Numbered from the stretch's first letter, positions 43,430-55,274 are shown. The stretch: DNA of 64,000 nucleotides from Nitrososphaerales archaeon (GCA_965197925.1 CBDAOC010000019.1:1-64000); one strand, 5' to 3'. Notes: generated by a model not told the origin, from the letters alone. Program-made: numbers and translations.

Positions 43430-44139
43430 TTACCGCATAAATGGGATAACAGAACCCTCTAAGAAAATATCTCTATCTGTACCAAAAACCTCCCATTCAA
43501 TTACTGGTCTGACACCGTCGACTTTTAGCAAAAAATACTCCCTATCACCAGGCTGCAAAAGCTCTCTGGAAGTTGAAAATACCAGTGGTAACAATTTCTT
43601 CTTTCTTGTCCCACTGCTTAGGCCCCTTGGCTGCCTTAAAGGCTGAATCACTGTTAGATAAGGTTAAACCATTAATAGCTATACTACTATCATCCATGTT
43701 TCTTAGCCTGATAATTATTATGACATGAATATTGTGCTAACACTATTATTCAATCCAAACGACCTTCTTTGAAATTATATCCTTTAGAATTATGCATAAT
43801 TTGTGATAGACTCAAGCTAAGTGATTTACCCAAGACCCATTTTTAGGAAAGGGATAAGTATTAAACATTACTAGATCCGTAAGGTTAATCATTACTGGAA
43901 CTGGCAAATATCATAAGATTGTTGCCTCCGAAGGTAACACCTATGGAACAATATGCCATCATCTAGAAATCCACATTATCAACTATTGCCGTGTTACCTA
44001 CACTTGGAAATCAATCCAAATGGAAAGTATACGACTGATAAAAAAAAATTAGACATGACTGGTTTAGCAATATGGCATATATGTTATCTTAGATTTTGTT
44101 GTTCTTCGGTTTGTTTTTCTGCGACCCAAGTTAACTTTA

Positions 44140-44394
44140 CTACAGGAACCATCTTCCATCTGGAATATTCGGTTTAGGCTCTTCAAAATTCAAATAATTT
44201 AATCTTCCACCAATATACATCATCAATTCTCTCGCCTTTATCTCCATAATACTTTACCACTAATGCTTTCTATTCTTGTAAATAACTCTCATTCCAAGCA
44301 ACTTTCCTAACTCATTTAAATATAGTTTAACAGTATTTGGCCTCAATCTCACATTGCCATTATTAGGTTCAATGAAATCCTTCTTCTTTATCCA
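44140..44394 (-). pseudogene. cas1: cas1 fragment B (C-terminus, solo/casposase-like)
   Basis: WIKKKDFIEPNNGNVRLRPNTVKLYLNELGKLLGMRVIYKNRKH*W*SIMEIKARELMMYIGGRLNYLNFEEP; shares ATGGATAAAGAAG with the end of fragment A. Confidence 0.7.
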
Positions 44395-44549
44395 TACTCT
44401 ATCTCTGGAAAATCATATCCCTCATCCATGCATATGTTCTGTTTAACTTGAGATCTATCAACAACAATGCTATCTATTGTAGGAAAGGCTGATTTCATAT
44501 CGTGTTTATTTGCTCCAGTAATTACAGATGAGAGAGGAATGCCTCTTCT
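44391..44549 (-). mobile_element. Internal fragment of IS family C
   Basis: Matches the orfB region (e.g. 47660-47810). Confidence 0.8.
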
Positions 44550-44680
44550 GTTTCTACAATCACCATCAGAACGTTTGCGGAGATCAGCGTAACAATAAAA
44601 AATTGAAATCCTCTTGCTGCTTTATCACTAGTTACTCCCTCAAGAATCTCATACGCCCTATTTAGTGCCTTATTAGTCAT
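44550..44680 (-). pseudogene. N-terminal remnant of an ion-transport (voltage-gated K+ channel-like) gene
   Basis: MTNKALNRAYEILEGVTSDKAARGFQFFIVTLISANVLMVIVET resembles an S1 helix; cut by IS fragment. Confidence 0.5.
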
Positions 44681-44689
44681 GAACTGATC

Positions 44690-46324
44690 CTATATCCATT
44701 CTTTTTTCTTAAACCAAACTAACAATATAATTGCAATTACTGCCATAGAACCAAGCATAGAAAAGTAGCTGCCCTTCCACGATAGTTCAGGAAGGTATTC
44801 AAAGTTAGTTCCATAAATCCCAGCAATGAACGTTAAAGGGATGAAAATACTTGCAATTAAAGTTAGAGTTTTCATTGTTTCGTTCATCTTATTGCTCACA
44901 CTTGAAAGGTAACTGTCAAGCATTCCCCCAACCATTTCCCTTAATGATTCAATAGTGTCCATTACCTGAATAGTGTGAGTATAAACATCTCTAAGGTAAG
45001 TCCTTGTTGAAGTCTCAATAAGTGGAGTTTGGCTTTTTTCAAAAGTATCTATGACTTCTCGGAGTGGCCAAATCGATTTACGCAAAGTGATCATCACCCT
45101 TTTCAACTTTTGTATGGTGTAAAGTGTTTTGGGCGTTGGTTTACTTGTAAGCTCTTCCTCAACTATTTCTGTTATTTGTTCAATTTTTTCCATCAGAACA
45201 AAGTAGTGGTCAACAATAGCATCAGCCAAAGCATAAGCTAGATGATCGCTCTTTCTGTTCCGCAATTCGCCTATAGCATTTCTAATCCTATCTCTAATCG
45301 GATCAAAAATATCACCCCCTGTTTCTTTAAACGAGAGTACGTAATTTGACCCAACGATAAGGCTAAACTGTTCCGTAACAAGTTTTCCTTCCTCATCAAA
45401 AAAAGGCATTTTCAAAATGAAGAAGAGATTTTTCTCATTGATTTGAAACTTTGGGCGCAATTCCGTATTCATAATGTCAGCTTGAACGAGGGGATGCAAT
45501 TGAAAATGTTCACCAAATTTCGCAATAACTTTGGGATCATGAATGCCTGAGATATTTATCCATGACACTTTGGAATCATCGATGTTAAAACACTCTTCAG
45601 GAGTCTCAAACCTTCTTTCATTAAAATTATCTTTGTCATACTCGATTATATGAAAGGTCATTTTCTCTACTTTTTTCTCACCAATATGTATGAGAGCACC
45701 TGCATGGAGGCCTATCGTGTCTGAGGTAGTTGTTAATTCCTCCGATTTTTTCCTAACGATTTTTGCTAGATTTGCCATATCCAAAGTATGAGTTAACATT
45801 TCAACTTTCGCTATCCTACCTGTTACACCTAGTATTATGAAACCAGCAAGAATTGAAAAAAGAATGCTTACAAGAAGAGGTGCGAGGTTTCCATTAATAG
45901 CAGCCTGATATATTGCTTGAACATCAGTAGCAGATCCCGTTTCTACAAAAGCACCAATAACAACATCAGTTAGGAAAAAGAGAAATGAGAGAATTGCTCC
46001 TATAACTATTGGAGTTATCGCTCTAAATTTTGGCGGAATATCAATATCTTTTTCTCCTTTGTAGGGTGAGAGATATTTTTTGTATTTAACTATCAATAAA
46101 GCAATACCTGTGATAATTATTGTTGAAGCAATCCACCAGGTAATAAACCAGAAACCTTGAGCAGAATTCATTTTTTCAATGCCTGAAATCAGGTCTTGAA
46201 TGTTACCTGTTAATGGTAAAGCCAAAAACGAGGTTGCGACTCCCACTACTATTTGATACAGAAAAGCAAAGGAAAAACCAATTGTAAGCCTATTTACAAT
46301 AATTCCTATCGTGTTATTCATCAA
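44690..46324 (-). CDS. corA: CorA Mg/Co transporter with extra N-terminal membrane domain
   Basis: WINISG, HPL..DI..RPK, MKTLT, PLTFIAGIYGTNF..PEL; about 180 extra N-terminal residues with about 4 hydrophobic helices. Confidence 0.9.
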   Translation of the reverse strand: MMNNTIGIIVNRLTIGFSFAFLYQIVVGVATSFLALPLTGNIQDLISGIEKMNSAQGFWFITWWIASTIIITGIALLIVKYKKYLSPYKGEKDIDIPPKFRAITPIVIGAILSFLFFLTDVVIGAFVETGSATDVQAIYQAAINGNLAPLLVSILFSILAGFIILGVTGRIAKVEMLTHTLDMANLAKIVRKKSEELTTTSDTIGLHAGALIHIGEKKVEKMTFHIIEYDKDNFNERRFETPEECFNIDDSKVSWINISGIHDPKVIAKFGEHFQLHPLVQADIMNTELRPKFQINEKNLFFILKMPFFDEEGKLVTEQFSLIVGSNYVLSFKETGGDIFDPIRDRIRNAIGELRNRKSDHLAYALADAIVDHYFVLMEKIEQITEIVEEELTSKPTPKTLYTIQKLKRVMITLRKSIWPLREVIDTFEKSQTPLIETSTRTYLRDVYTHTIQVMDTIESLREMVGGMLDSYLSSVSNKMNETMKTLTLIASIFIPLTFIAGIYGTNFEYLPELSWKGSYFSMLGSMAVIAIILLVWFKKKEWI

Positions 46325-46376
46325 ATTTTTCCAGAACTTTGTCTTCTTTAAGCATTTTCTGACTATTAGGAGACTT

Positions 46377-48311
46377 AGCCTATCCTAAAATTCTAGCTGA
46401 TAGTTAATGATTGGTAGAAATGATAACATTTAGAATGCAAGAATATTAGTTCAAACTGTCAGGTTTAGTTTTCTTACTATTGATTTTATTAGTATTGTAG
46501 ATAGTAGATACTAGAAACAGTTGCATTAACGTGTTTATGACACTACCAATATATCGCTCTATACACTATTAGGCAGTTAGCAAATTCTACTAGCGCCTGA
46601 TAATTTTCCTCTCTCTTCTCGAACCTTACCAATAACTTTCTGAACCTGTTATGCCAAGATGCGGTTCTTTCTACAACCCATCTCTTTGCTTTGTACAAAT
46701 TCTTTTTCAACACTTCACCCTTATGACGAATGTGATCCACGTATCCCCTTCCTAACTCCATATTTCATACTCTATACTCTCAACTTGTCCCAAAACTGAT
46801 CATTTAGTGAATTAATGACGATCATTAGATCTATTTGCAATTAGTCATTGAACCATCTCATGCAATTTCAAGAATTAACAGACAAGCAATGGAGGATGAT
46901 GCAAAAATACATTCCAAAACCTGCAAGAACAGGCAGACCAAGGAGTAATGACCGTGTCACGATAAATGGAATCATGTTTGTTCTAGTTACTGGATGCAGG
47001 TGGCGTGAGATGCCAGAAAAGTATGGCTCAAAATCAACTGCACATCGCAGGTTACAGAACTGGCAGCAAAGGAAAGTATGGAAAAAGATTCTGTCAGGTG
47101 CAATAAAATCTGCATACAAATCTGGCAATCTACAACTGCAGAGGATATCAGTTGATTCCTCAACTGTTCCTGCCAAAAAAGAGGCAATGTGATTGGACAT
47201 GATGGATTCAAGAGGATTACAGGCACAAAGATACATGTTGCAGTTGATTGTAATTCCCTGCCAGTATCAATAATTATTGGTTCTGCAAATGAACATGACT
47301 CTACTAGATTAATTGATGTGATGGAAAACATTTCTGACTATCTAGATGATGATTCAATAAAACAAATTACATCAGTTTATGCAGACAAGGGTTATGATTC
47401 TAAAGCAATTAGAGAATATTTGAAAAGCAGAAATATTCTAGATTGTATTTCACACAGAAATTTCAAGACAAAGAACAACAAGACAACAAACCAAAACGAT
47501 TACAGCAAGACACGTTACGTTGTTGAGAGATTCTTTGCGTGGCTCAAGTGTGGATTCCATAGAATGGCAATCAGGTATGAAAGAAGAGCGGAGAATTATT
47601 TTGGGTTGGTTAACATCGCATCAATCATGATGTATTGGAGAGTTTTGGGATAAATTATCTATCTCAGGGAAATCGTATCCTATTCATGCATATGTTCTGT
47701 TTAATTTTAGGTCTATCAACAACAATGCTATCTATTGTAGGAAAGGCTGATTTCATATCGTGTTTATTTGCTCCAGTAATTACAGATGAGAGAGGTACTC
47801 CTCTTCTATCAACAAGCATGTGACGTTTGGTACCTAGCTTGCCTCTATCCGTTGGGTTTGCTCCGGTCGTTTTCCCCCTAATGGGGCCTTCGGTACGCTA
47901 TCCATGGATTGCCAGTCCCATCCCATGCTCTTTAATTCATCATATATTTCCAGCAGCCTCTTCCATACCTTCTTGAATACTCCTATCCCAATCCATTCCT
48001 GAAATCTTGCATGGCAAGTTGAACCAGAACCAAATTCTTTAGATACCTTCTTCCACTGGCATCCAGTTCTTAATACGTACAGTATTCCATTCAACACTTT
48101 TCTAAATGGCACAGCTGGCCTTCCAACTGTTCTTGCTGGTTTCCTTGGCGGCAGCACTAGTTCGAACTCTTCCCATAGATTGTCTGGTATATGCCATATG
48201 GTCGGCATGCTCTTTTTCTTTGATTTTCTCACAAATTTAGCTAGAGAGGACAGATCTAGATCTGTTTCGGTATAAACAATTAGGCTATGATGTTAATTTT
48301 AGGATAGGCTC
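46377..48311 (-). mobile_element. IS family C copy interrupted by a nested family B IS
   Basis: Termini AGCCTATCCTAAAATT / AATTTTAGGATAGGCTC; orfA 47834-48232; orfB split. Confidence 0.9.
46781..47657 (+). mobile_element. IS family B variant nested in IS C, apparently intact two-ORF element
   Basis: Termini CAACTTGTCCCAAAAC / GTTTTGGGATAAATTA; TSD TCT/TCT; removing it restores the IS C sequence. Confidence 0.92.
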
Positions 48312-48483
48312 TTAGATGGTCTATCCACTAGATACTTGAATATCTAAATAGATGTATTATTCATGTTTAATCATTCTATCGATCAGCACAAATTATTCAT
48401 TGACAAAGTCTAGACTATAATGACATTTTTACCGGTTTATCCATTACACTTTACTTATAACCTATCAGAAATATGTAGTAAGA

Positions 48484-48798
48484 ATGGTGGGGCGTTGGTC
48501 AGCAACAATTTTATCAATCTTTATGATGTCAGTGATGCTATGTTCCATTATAGCTGTTACCATGCCATCCTCATATGTGCAAGGTTCTGATAAAAGTGAT
48601 ATTAAAAAACTTGATCTATCTACAACTGATACTCAAGTAGATACAAAAATTCTTGCTAAGGTTCATCTTCCCTTCATCGAAAATAATGGGCAAACACATG
48701 AGGATGTAAAGTATTATGCCAATACTTTTGCTGGTAATATCTTTGTCAGTGATATAGAAATAACATATACATTTACCAAAGGTGCATCAGATGAATAA
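48484..48798 (+). pseudogene. N-terminal remnant of a large secreted protein
   Basis: Signal peptide then LPFIENNGQ..VKYYA..F motif, ends abruptly. Confidence 0.5.
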
Positions 48799-49548
48799 CA
48801 AAAAGTTAACAAGTATTGCATTGTCTATAATACTACTAACAAGTTCAATAACAATCTTCGGTGCTTTCATATTCTTCCCAGTACAGGAAGCAGAAGCCCA
48901 AGGTCTTCAGCTAAGGTTTCTGGTGCGGAATTCCCACAGTATGAGAACCACTTCTACGGCGCCCAAATCATGGAGATAATCATAGATGACCCCGGTGCTA
49001 CTGACCCAGATGAATCAACCATAGGTCTTCAGGTCCTTGGAGAAACGGTTCCAAGAGTCCATCTGTCAGATGGTCTTTGGTACCAATACACTGCGGAGGA
49101 AGACTTTTTCGGAATATACCTTGACCTTCTCACAGATGGAGCAAGAGATAGCAATATTGCAGTGGTTTCTGTAACTCCTACACCAGCTAGTGTGATGATA
49201 GGAGCCAAAAACTTTACCTTTTCAACTGATCCTTTTAGCTGGGTTAGAGAAGTAACTGTAGGTCCGGGTGGATTTAGATTCATTGAGGTGTAACAAAATA
49301 GATTAGGAGCAGCTAGAGGTCTATTCCCCACACTACCTCTTCCGTTCTTTGAGACAGCACCTTCTATCTTAAATCCAGATCTTGAATTATCAGTAAAGCC
49401 ATCTGCAACAATTGGAACTCTTGATGGTTTTTGTACTCCGGACGAGTTCGATCTTCCGAACACTGACTGTGACTGGCCATATATAAGATTGGTACCACTT
49501 GATGAAGCAGAAGCGTTAGTAATTGAGGGCGGTTCAGAAAGTGTTATC
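48791..49548 (+). pseudogene. S-layer-protein-like gene remnant, frameshifted and IS-truncated
   Basis: MNNKKLTSIALS..AEAQ signal, then (other frame) AEFPQYENHFYGAQIMEIIIDDP, resembling thaumarchaeal S-layer N-termini. Confidence 0.6.
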
Positions 49549-50428
49549 CAACTGATCCCAAAACTGATCATTTAGTGAATAATTGACGATCATTTGGATC
49601 TATTTGCAATGCTGCCCGTAGCAGATCATGAAATTTCAGGAGATAACAGGTGAACAATGGAAGATGATATCACCGCATCTCCCCAAGCCAGCCAGAACCG
49701 GAAGGCCAAGGGCAGACGACAGAAAGACAGTCAACGGAATCCTGTTTGTCGGGATAACAGGATGCAGGTGGACTGGGATGTCACAAAGGTACGGCTCCAA
49801 ATCAACTGCGCACCGCAGACTGCAGAACTGGCAGCGACGTGGAATATGGAAGAATATCCTCTCCGCTGCAGTCAAATCAGCCCACAGATCAGGCAAGATG
49901 CAGCTGCAAAAAACGGTCGATTCGTCATCAGTTCCGGCCAAAAAAGGGGAAGCGTCATAGGATACAACGGATTCAACAGGATTTCAGGCACAAAAATACA
50001 CGTTGCGGTGGAACAAAACGGACTGCCAGTCTCAGTAGTGATGGGTCCTGCAAATCAGCATGACTCTGCAAGATTTGTAGACGTGATGGATGGCATCTCA
50101 CAATATCTGGATGAGAGATCTATCAGAAAAATTGCGCGGTGCCAAGCAGACAAGGGCTATGATGCAGAATTCATCAGGAAATACCTCACCAAAAGAAAAA
50201 TCTCTGACTGCATACCTTACAGAAAAAACAGTAAGACACAACAACAAAATGATGATACAGAACAATACCTATACGGCAAGACGCGCTATGTTGTGGAGAG
50301 ATTCTTTGCCTGGTTGAAGAATGGGTTCCACAGAACCAGGATCAGATATGAGAATAATGCACAAAACTATCTGGCATTTGTTATCATTTCGTCGATTATG
50401 ATGTATTGGAGAGTATTGGGATGACTTC
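49549..50428 (+). mobile_element. IS family B variant, apparently intact (orfA plus frameshifted orfB)
   Basis: Near-identical to 27568-28445; orfB open to YWRVLG; flanks ATC/GTT do not match. Confidence 0.92.
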
Positions 50429-51077
50429 GTTATGCTTTCATACATCTTGTTATCAGTAATGTTAGCTGTTGTGAAATCAGCTGATAATGGAACTATCAAC
50501 GAACCTGTGCTACATGCTAGATGCATCTTGTATCTGAATACCCATCCCTTGGTTCTGCTGAATCCCCATCGAGCATCTGTATCTATACCTGAGCGTGGCA
50601 CTTCATTCTTCATGTTTGATCTATGCCATACATGTCCCTTTGCTTTCAACAATGAACTGTCAACGGATATTATGGCTGGGTCTACCAACCCATCTTTTAT
50701 GAAGAGCATACCCATAACATCTATCCTTGATCTTATGTCAATTGATACGGCCTTGACCTTCTGTCGAATGTTCTTCTGTCTGGCAACCTATCAAGACCAC
50801 ATGCCTTCATTACCTTCCTGTTGTATGGCATGTCTATCGAAAAGTATTGATGTAACACATTGTTGCTTGGTATTCTTATCCATACTCTAACGATGAAGCA
50901 TCTCACCATAACTGTAGGAGAATAGTAGAATGGTCTACCTCTTTTCCTATTAGGTTTTGTCCGAATCACGTCAATCAAAAATAATATATGAAGAAGTATC
51001 GAGTCTGAGCTAAACACATTACCAATGAAAAATGGAACCTGATCTTATCGTTTCGAACTAAATTACGCCCAAGCCTC
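50429..51077 (-). mobile_element. 5' part of IS family A, cut by the adjacent IS B
   Basis: Terminus AATTACGCCCAAGCCTC at 51077; transposase ends at MYESIT. Confidence 0.9.
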
Positions 51078-51713
51078 AATTAGTTCGGAAGTTTATAAGA
51101 AGCGATTTGAATGGGAATTTTATATTCAATTTCGCATTACCACCTAACGTAATGCTCGGCGATTACACAGTGGAGGTTATAAGTCAATGCAGGGATGAAC
51201 ATAGGGATATATGTACAAATCAAAGTAGTTCAATACAGTTTACAGCAATCAAAATAAGGAACGCATCGGACGAAGCAATGGTATTGCCAACAGACAACAA
51301 ATTCATCAATGTTTTATTAACAATGGATAGGGAGACTCTTGAGGCAGAAAAACCAACCATATTCACCCTGAAGTTTCTTGATCCCCTAACCGGGAAGACC
51401 ATTCAACATGTGAACTATTCTTTAAGTCATAAATAAAAATAGAAATGTTGTAGTAAACAAAGCAGATTTACATAGCAATGAAGGTGTGGATACACAAATA
51501 ATAACATTTAGAGATAAAGGCTCATTCACATTGGCAATAGAAGTAGCAGGACTTGGTGCCAACAAGCCATACGACACAAAGCATAGCGGAATGGCAGGTA
51601 CTACACTCACAGTAGTTCCTGAATCTTCTGTTGGTGTTCTTGCAGTGTGGACTGTGGTGGTAGGGGTGGGAATAACAATAACTAGAATAAGGAATTTGAT
51701 GTATTACGAATAA
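51078..51713 (+). pseudogene. Remnant of a PEFG-CTERM-type surface protein
   Basis: FTLKFLDP..QHVNY, GSFTLAIEV, VVPES plus TM tail; 5' end cut by IS; internal frameshift near 51430. Confidence 0.6.
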
Positions 51714-51831
51714 TGTTTAGAAGTGTTGACAGAAATTCTGTTTCTAATGTGGAAACCTGCAATTGTGTTGTACCGTAAAAATTTCATTATCCTCAACATG
51801 GATGATAAAAAGTATAAGCAGAAAAGAATAA

Positions 51832-52221
51832 GTGTCTGGTAAGGCTACAAGAATTATGGTACATGAGATTGAAGTAAAGTATGATGAACTCATGAACGCT
51901 TTTGCCAAGCATTTTCCCAAAGTCAATAGAAGACTATTGATGGCTTTTCTTGAAAGGCTCAAGAAAAATCCAAACAAACCCCCAATGTTTACAGTTGAGG
52001 TATTTACAGAGCCAAGTACAGACCCAAATGCCGCTAGTAATATGATATCGTCAAAAACAGGAAATGTTCCCGCCGTCTATGACAAGGGAACGCATTACGT
52101 TACGGATCAGCAACTATCTTTTGAAATACTGCAAGAGATTTCTGCAGACCCGGATGTTATATCTATTACAGGAGATCTCTTAGATGTTGGTGGCTCAAGG
52201 GGTCCTTCATACGTTCGTTAA
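51832..52221 (+). CDS. Hypothetical protein
   Basis: 129-aa ORF with protein-like composition. Confidence 0.6.
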   Translation: MSGKATRIMVHEIEVKYDELMNAFAKHFPKVNRRLLMAFLERLKKNPNKPPMFTVEVFTEPSTDPNAASNMISSKTGNVPAVYDKGTHYVTDQQLSFEILQEISADPDVISITGDLLDVGGSRGPSYVR

Positions 52222-52252
52222 TTTTGTTTATTCTATGGTTAATAATATCGCA

Positions 52253-54046
52253 TTAAAGTTCCTTTAGCTGTTGTACTTTCTGTTCTACAAAGTCAAAGCC
52301 CTTCTGCCAGAACTCATCTTTAGAGATATCAATCCCTGATTCCTTTAACAACTCTTCTAGTTTTCTAGAACCACCTGCCGCAAGTATTTTTAAGTATTTT
52401 GGAACAAACGAACTGCCTTCACGTTTGTATTGCTGGTAAAGTGACAGTACCAGCAAATTTCCAAATGAATATGCATAGCAGTAAAATGGCGCATGGTAAA
52501 AGTGTGAAATGTAAAGCCATTCCCATTTAAATTCTGGGCTAACCCTTATCGAATCACCAAATTGTACCCTTAGATTTCTAAGGTATAATTCTGAAATTTC
52601 ATCAATAGTAGCATTCTGTTCTGCAATAGCTTGATGTACATCAATTTCGAAGATTGTAAAATATGCCTGGCGCATTATAGTAGCATACATATCATCAATA
52701 AGTTCTACAAGTAAAAATTTACGACTTTTCTCTTGTGTCTCATTAACCAACTTCTCATTAAGCAACATTTCTGCAAAAACTGATGAAGTTTCAGCCAGTG
52801 GGAGGGGGGCTTCCAATACTGATATTGGTTTATCAGCTGCAGCCATACTGTGTATCGCATGCCCTAACTCATGAGCAAGTGTGAAAATATCTTTTGTCTT
52901 TCCATCAAAATTCAATAAAATGTAAGGAGTTATTTTAGGAGAAACAGTGTAGCAAAAAGCACCGTCTCGTTTACCATTCCTAATTGCAGAATCCACGTGT
53001 TGCTCAGTAAAAACTCTTTCAGCAAACTTTCTAAACAGTGGATCAAAATCTTCAAAAGTTTCTAATAAGGTATCAATGGCCTTTCCGTAGGCGAAAGTTT
53101 TCTGATGAGATGGTTTTGATGTAAGTGGTGCATAGAGATCATAGCGTGATAATTTTTTAACACCAAACATTTTTGCTTTTTCTTTAAAATATTGCTGAAA
53201 AATGGTTACGTTTCGTTTGCAAACGGAAAGTAGTGTATCAACTGTTTCGTCATTTACATTGTTTATGGCATTTCGAATAGAGATCGGTGATTTGTAACCA
53301 CGCATAGATATACCCTCGTCTCGCCATCGGTTCACAGTGGTTTGGTAAATTTCTCCCAACACACTACTGTTTTTCTTATAAACCTGCCAAAGTGCCTTGT
53401 ATGCTGATTCCCTTTCTTCACGTTTTGTACTCCGTATAAGAGAAAGCAACTTTGTTTTGTTGCTAAATCTTTTTTCTATTATTTTTCTATCCTTCTCTAC
53501 TTTCATAGTAAATTCAAAGCCACTTGCCATTTTGTCATAAATTTTTACAATGGCTTTCATTCCTGTAACATTCAACGTATTGATGATCTTTTCTTCTGGT
53601 ACGGTTAAAGCATACTTTGCGAGTAACCTCTTATGCTTGAGATATTCTTTATAATCATAAGGAACAGAATTTATCAGACGCTCGACATTTTCCTCATCAA
53701 TTTCTCTCTTGAACCACAGATCAAAGAACAACATTCTATTGGCAATATCGGAACTAAGTTTTTCCATCTTTGATACAAGAGCAGCTGCTTCATTAGAAGA
53801 GGTATCTGCATAATACCGTAAGTGAGCATAACCATTTACAATACTCACTTTCTCATATATTTCTTCAATCAAATGTATTACATTTTCAAAATCTTGTGAT
53901 GAAATATTTGGAAGTAGATCTTTACGTTTTGATTCAAGTTGCTTTACTTGAGCTTCAATAGATTCACTAAAGATACGAAATGCGTCTCCAGAGGGGTCCT
54001 TTACCAAATCTGTTAATTTCCACGAACCAACCTTAACACTGCCCAT
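52253..54046 (-). CDS. pepF: Oligoendopeptidase F (peptidase M3B)
   Basis: GKRDGAFC, TLAHELGHAIH, AETSSVFAE, HFYHAPFYCYAY; likely start MGSVKVG. Confidence 0.92.
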   Translation of the reverse strand: MGSVKVGSWKLTDLVKDPSGDAFRIFSESIEAQVKQLESKRKDLLPNISSQDFENVIHLIEEIYEKVSIVNGYAHLRYYADTSSNEAAALVSKMEKLSSDIANRMLFFDLWFKREIDEENVERLINSVPYDYKEYLKHKRLLAKYALTVPEEKIINTLNVTGMKAIVKIYDKMASGFEFTMKVEKDRKIIEKRFSNKTKLLSLIRSTKREERESAYKALWQVYKKNSSVLGEIYQTTVNRWRDEGISMRGYKSPISIRNAINNVNDETVDTLLSVCKRNVTIFQQYFKEKAKMFGVKKLSRYDLYAPLTSKPSHQKTFAYGKAIDTLLETFEDFDPLFRKFAERVFTEQHVDSAIRNGKRDGAFCYTVSPKITPYILLNFDGKTKDIFTLAHELGHAIHSMAAADKPISVLEAPLPLAETSSVFAEMLLNEKLVNETQEKSRKFLLVELIDDMYATIMRQAYFTIFEIDVHQAIAEQNATIDEISELYLRNLRVQFGDSIRVSPEFKWEWLYISHFYHAPFYCYAYSFGNLLVLSLYQQYKREGSSFVPKYLKILAAGGSRKLEELLKESGIDISKDEFWQKGFDFVEQKVQQLKEL

Positions 54047-54506
54047 AGATAGATTGATTGATATAAAGAAAGTATCACATATACTTTTCACTTGAATTAT
54101 CAGTTGTAGTGTTCAAAACAAAAATCTAAATTTTCTTTACAAAACAAAAAAGATCCTAAACCATGGAGAATAAATCTTTGAATCATATTGTCTCTAGCAA
54201 TATAGCAGTAGGTATGTCTATCCCTTCATGGAGATTATTGATTGGATTGCTTAGAATCAGGAATCCAAGGGGTAAGTATGGATAGTGATCCTTTATGAAA
54301 GAAATAGCAAATTTGAAACAGTATATTTCAGTAGGGCTTACAAGAACAATAGGTACGGTCAACAGATAATGAAAACAATCACTATATACAAAAACATATC
54401 AAACAAAAACATATACACAATGGATCTAAGGGCCACAAGTAATATTCAAGGATATGATGGCACTCTCCAACATCAATGAATGATGAATCCCGATATTTCT
54501 ATACCA

Positions 54507-54980
54507 TTACCAAATTGGTATAATTTCGACACCTGCTGATTTACCGATACATTGGTCCCATACCTCAATATTGCCTAAATGGGTTGTCGCCGTATTCACT
54601 ATACCAATATACTCAATCTTTAATTTTCCATTATGCCTACAAGATATTCATATTGTAAACGAAGTAACAATTACCTTAGGATCTATAACAGACCGCCTTT
54701 CAGGCTTTCCAATGATCGTGCGAACCGCACGAGTTACTTTGACACCTTTATTGGCACACTTTTCGCAGTGAAGGTGATACTTGTAACCAATGGTAGGTTC
54801 TGTGATACAATATGATCTTTGATTCTGTAACTTTGGTTGTGTGTTATCTGCTTGTTTATCCGAAAGGTTACGCCTTTCATAAGAGCTTTCAGGAACACAC
54901 GCATTCCAATTAATGGACCTAATCGAGGTTCTTTCCTTCTTTGTTTCATGAGGGGCATCTAAGAGTAGAGTTGTAGCCAT
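54507..54980 (-). pseudogene. Hypothetical gene with one internal TGA
   Basis: Frame stays open about 46 codons past TGA 54648 (ISCRHNGKLKIEYIG..EIIPIW*). Confidence 0.35.
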
Positions 54981-55274
54981 TCTTCTTACACCTCATAATA
55001 CAATTGGCTCGATTCTACGGCTGCTTGATTGCCGATTTCAATCATTCTCTTTTGCATAGAAGTATGATACAAAACCAACAATAAAAAAAAGACGGAAATA
55101 TTGGACCCAATTCAGTTCCATATTGGAAAAAATTGTCTCTATAAATTACCCGGGTCTAAGCAGACAAAACCTGAAGGCAATAGGACATCATTTTCTATTG
55201 CCTTGGTAATTAACAAATCTCCAGTGTTCCTTATCATCTTATCATTCTCAATTGAATGAGCTCTATTCTACTTA

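Noticed and set aside
36993..44394. Intact casposon or functional CRISPR-Cas system
   Set aside because: cas1 is partial with in-frame stops; no polB, cas2, effector genes or paired TIR/TSD seen; the array is about 36 kb away
54648..54650. In-frame TGA as selenocysteine
   Set aside because: No redox motif context or SECIS-like structure recognised; nonsense mutations are common in this window
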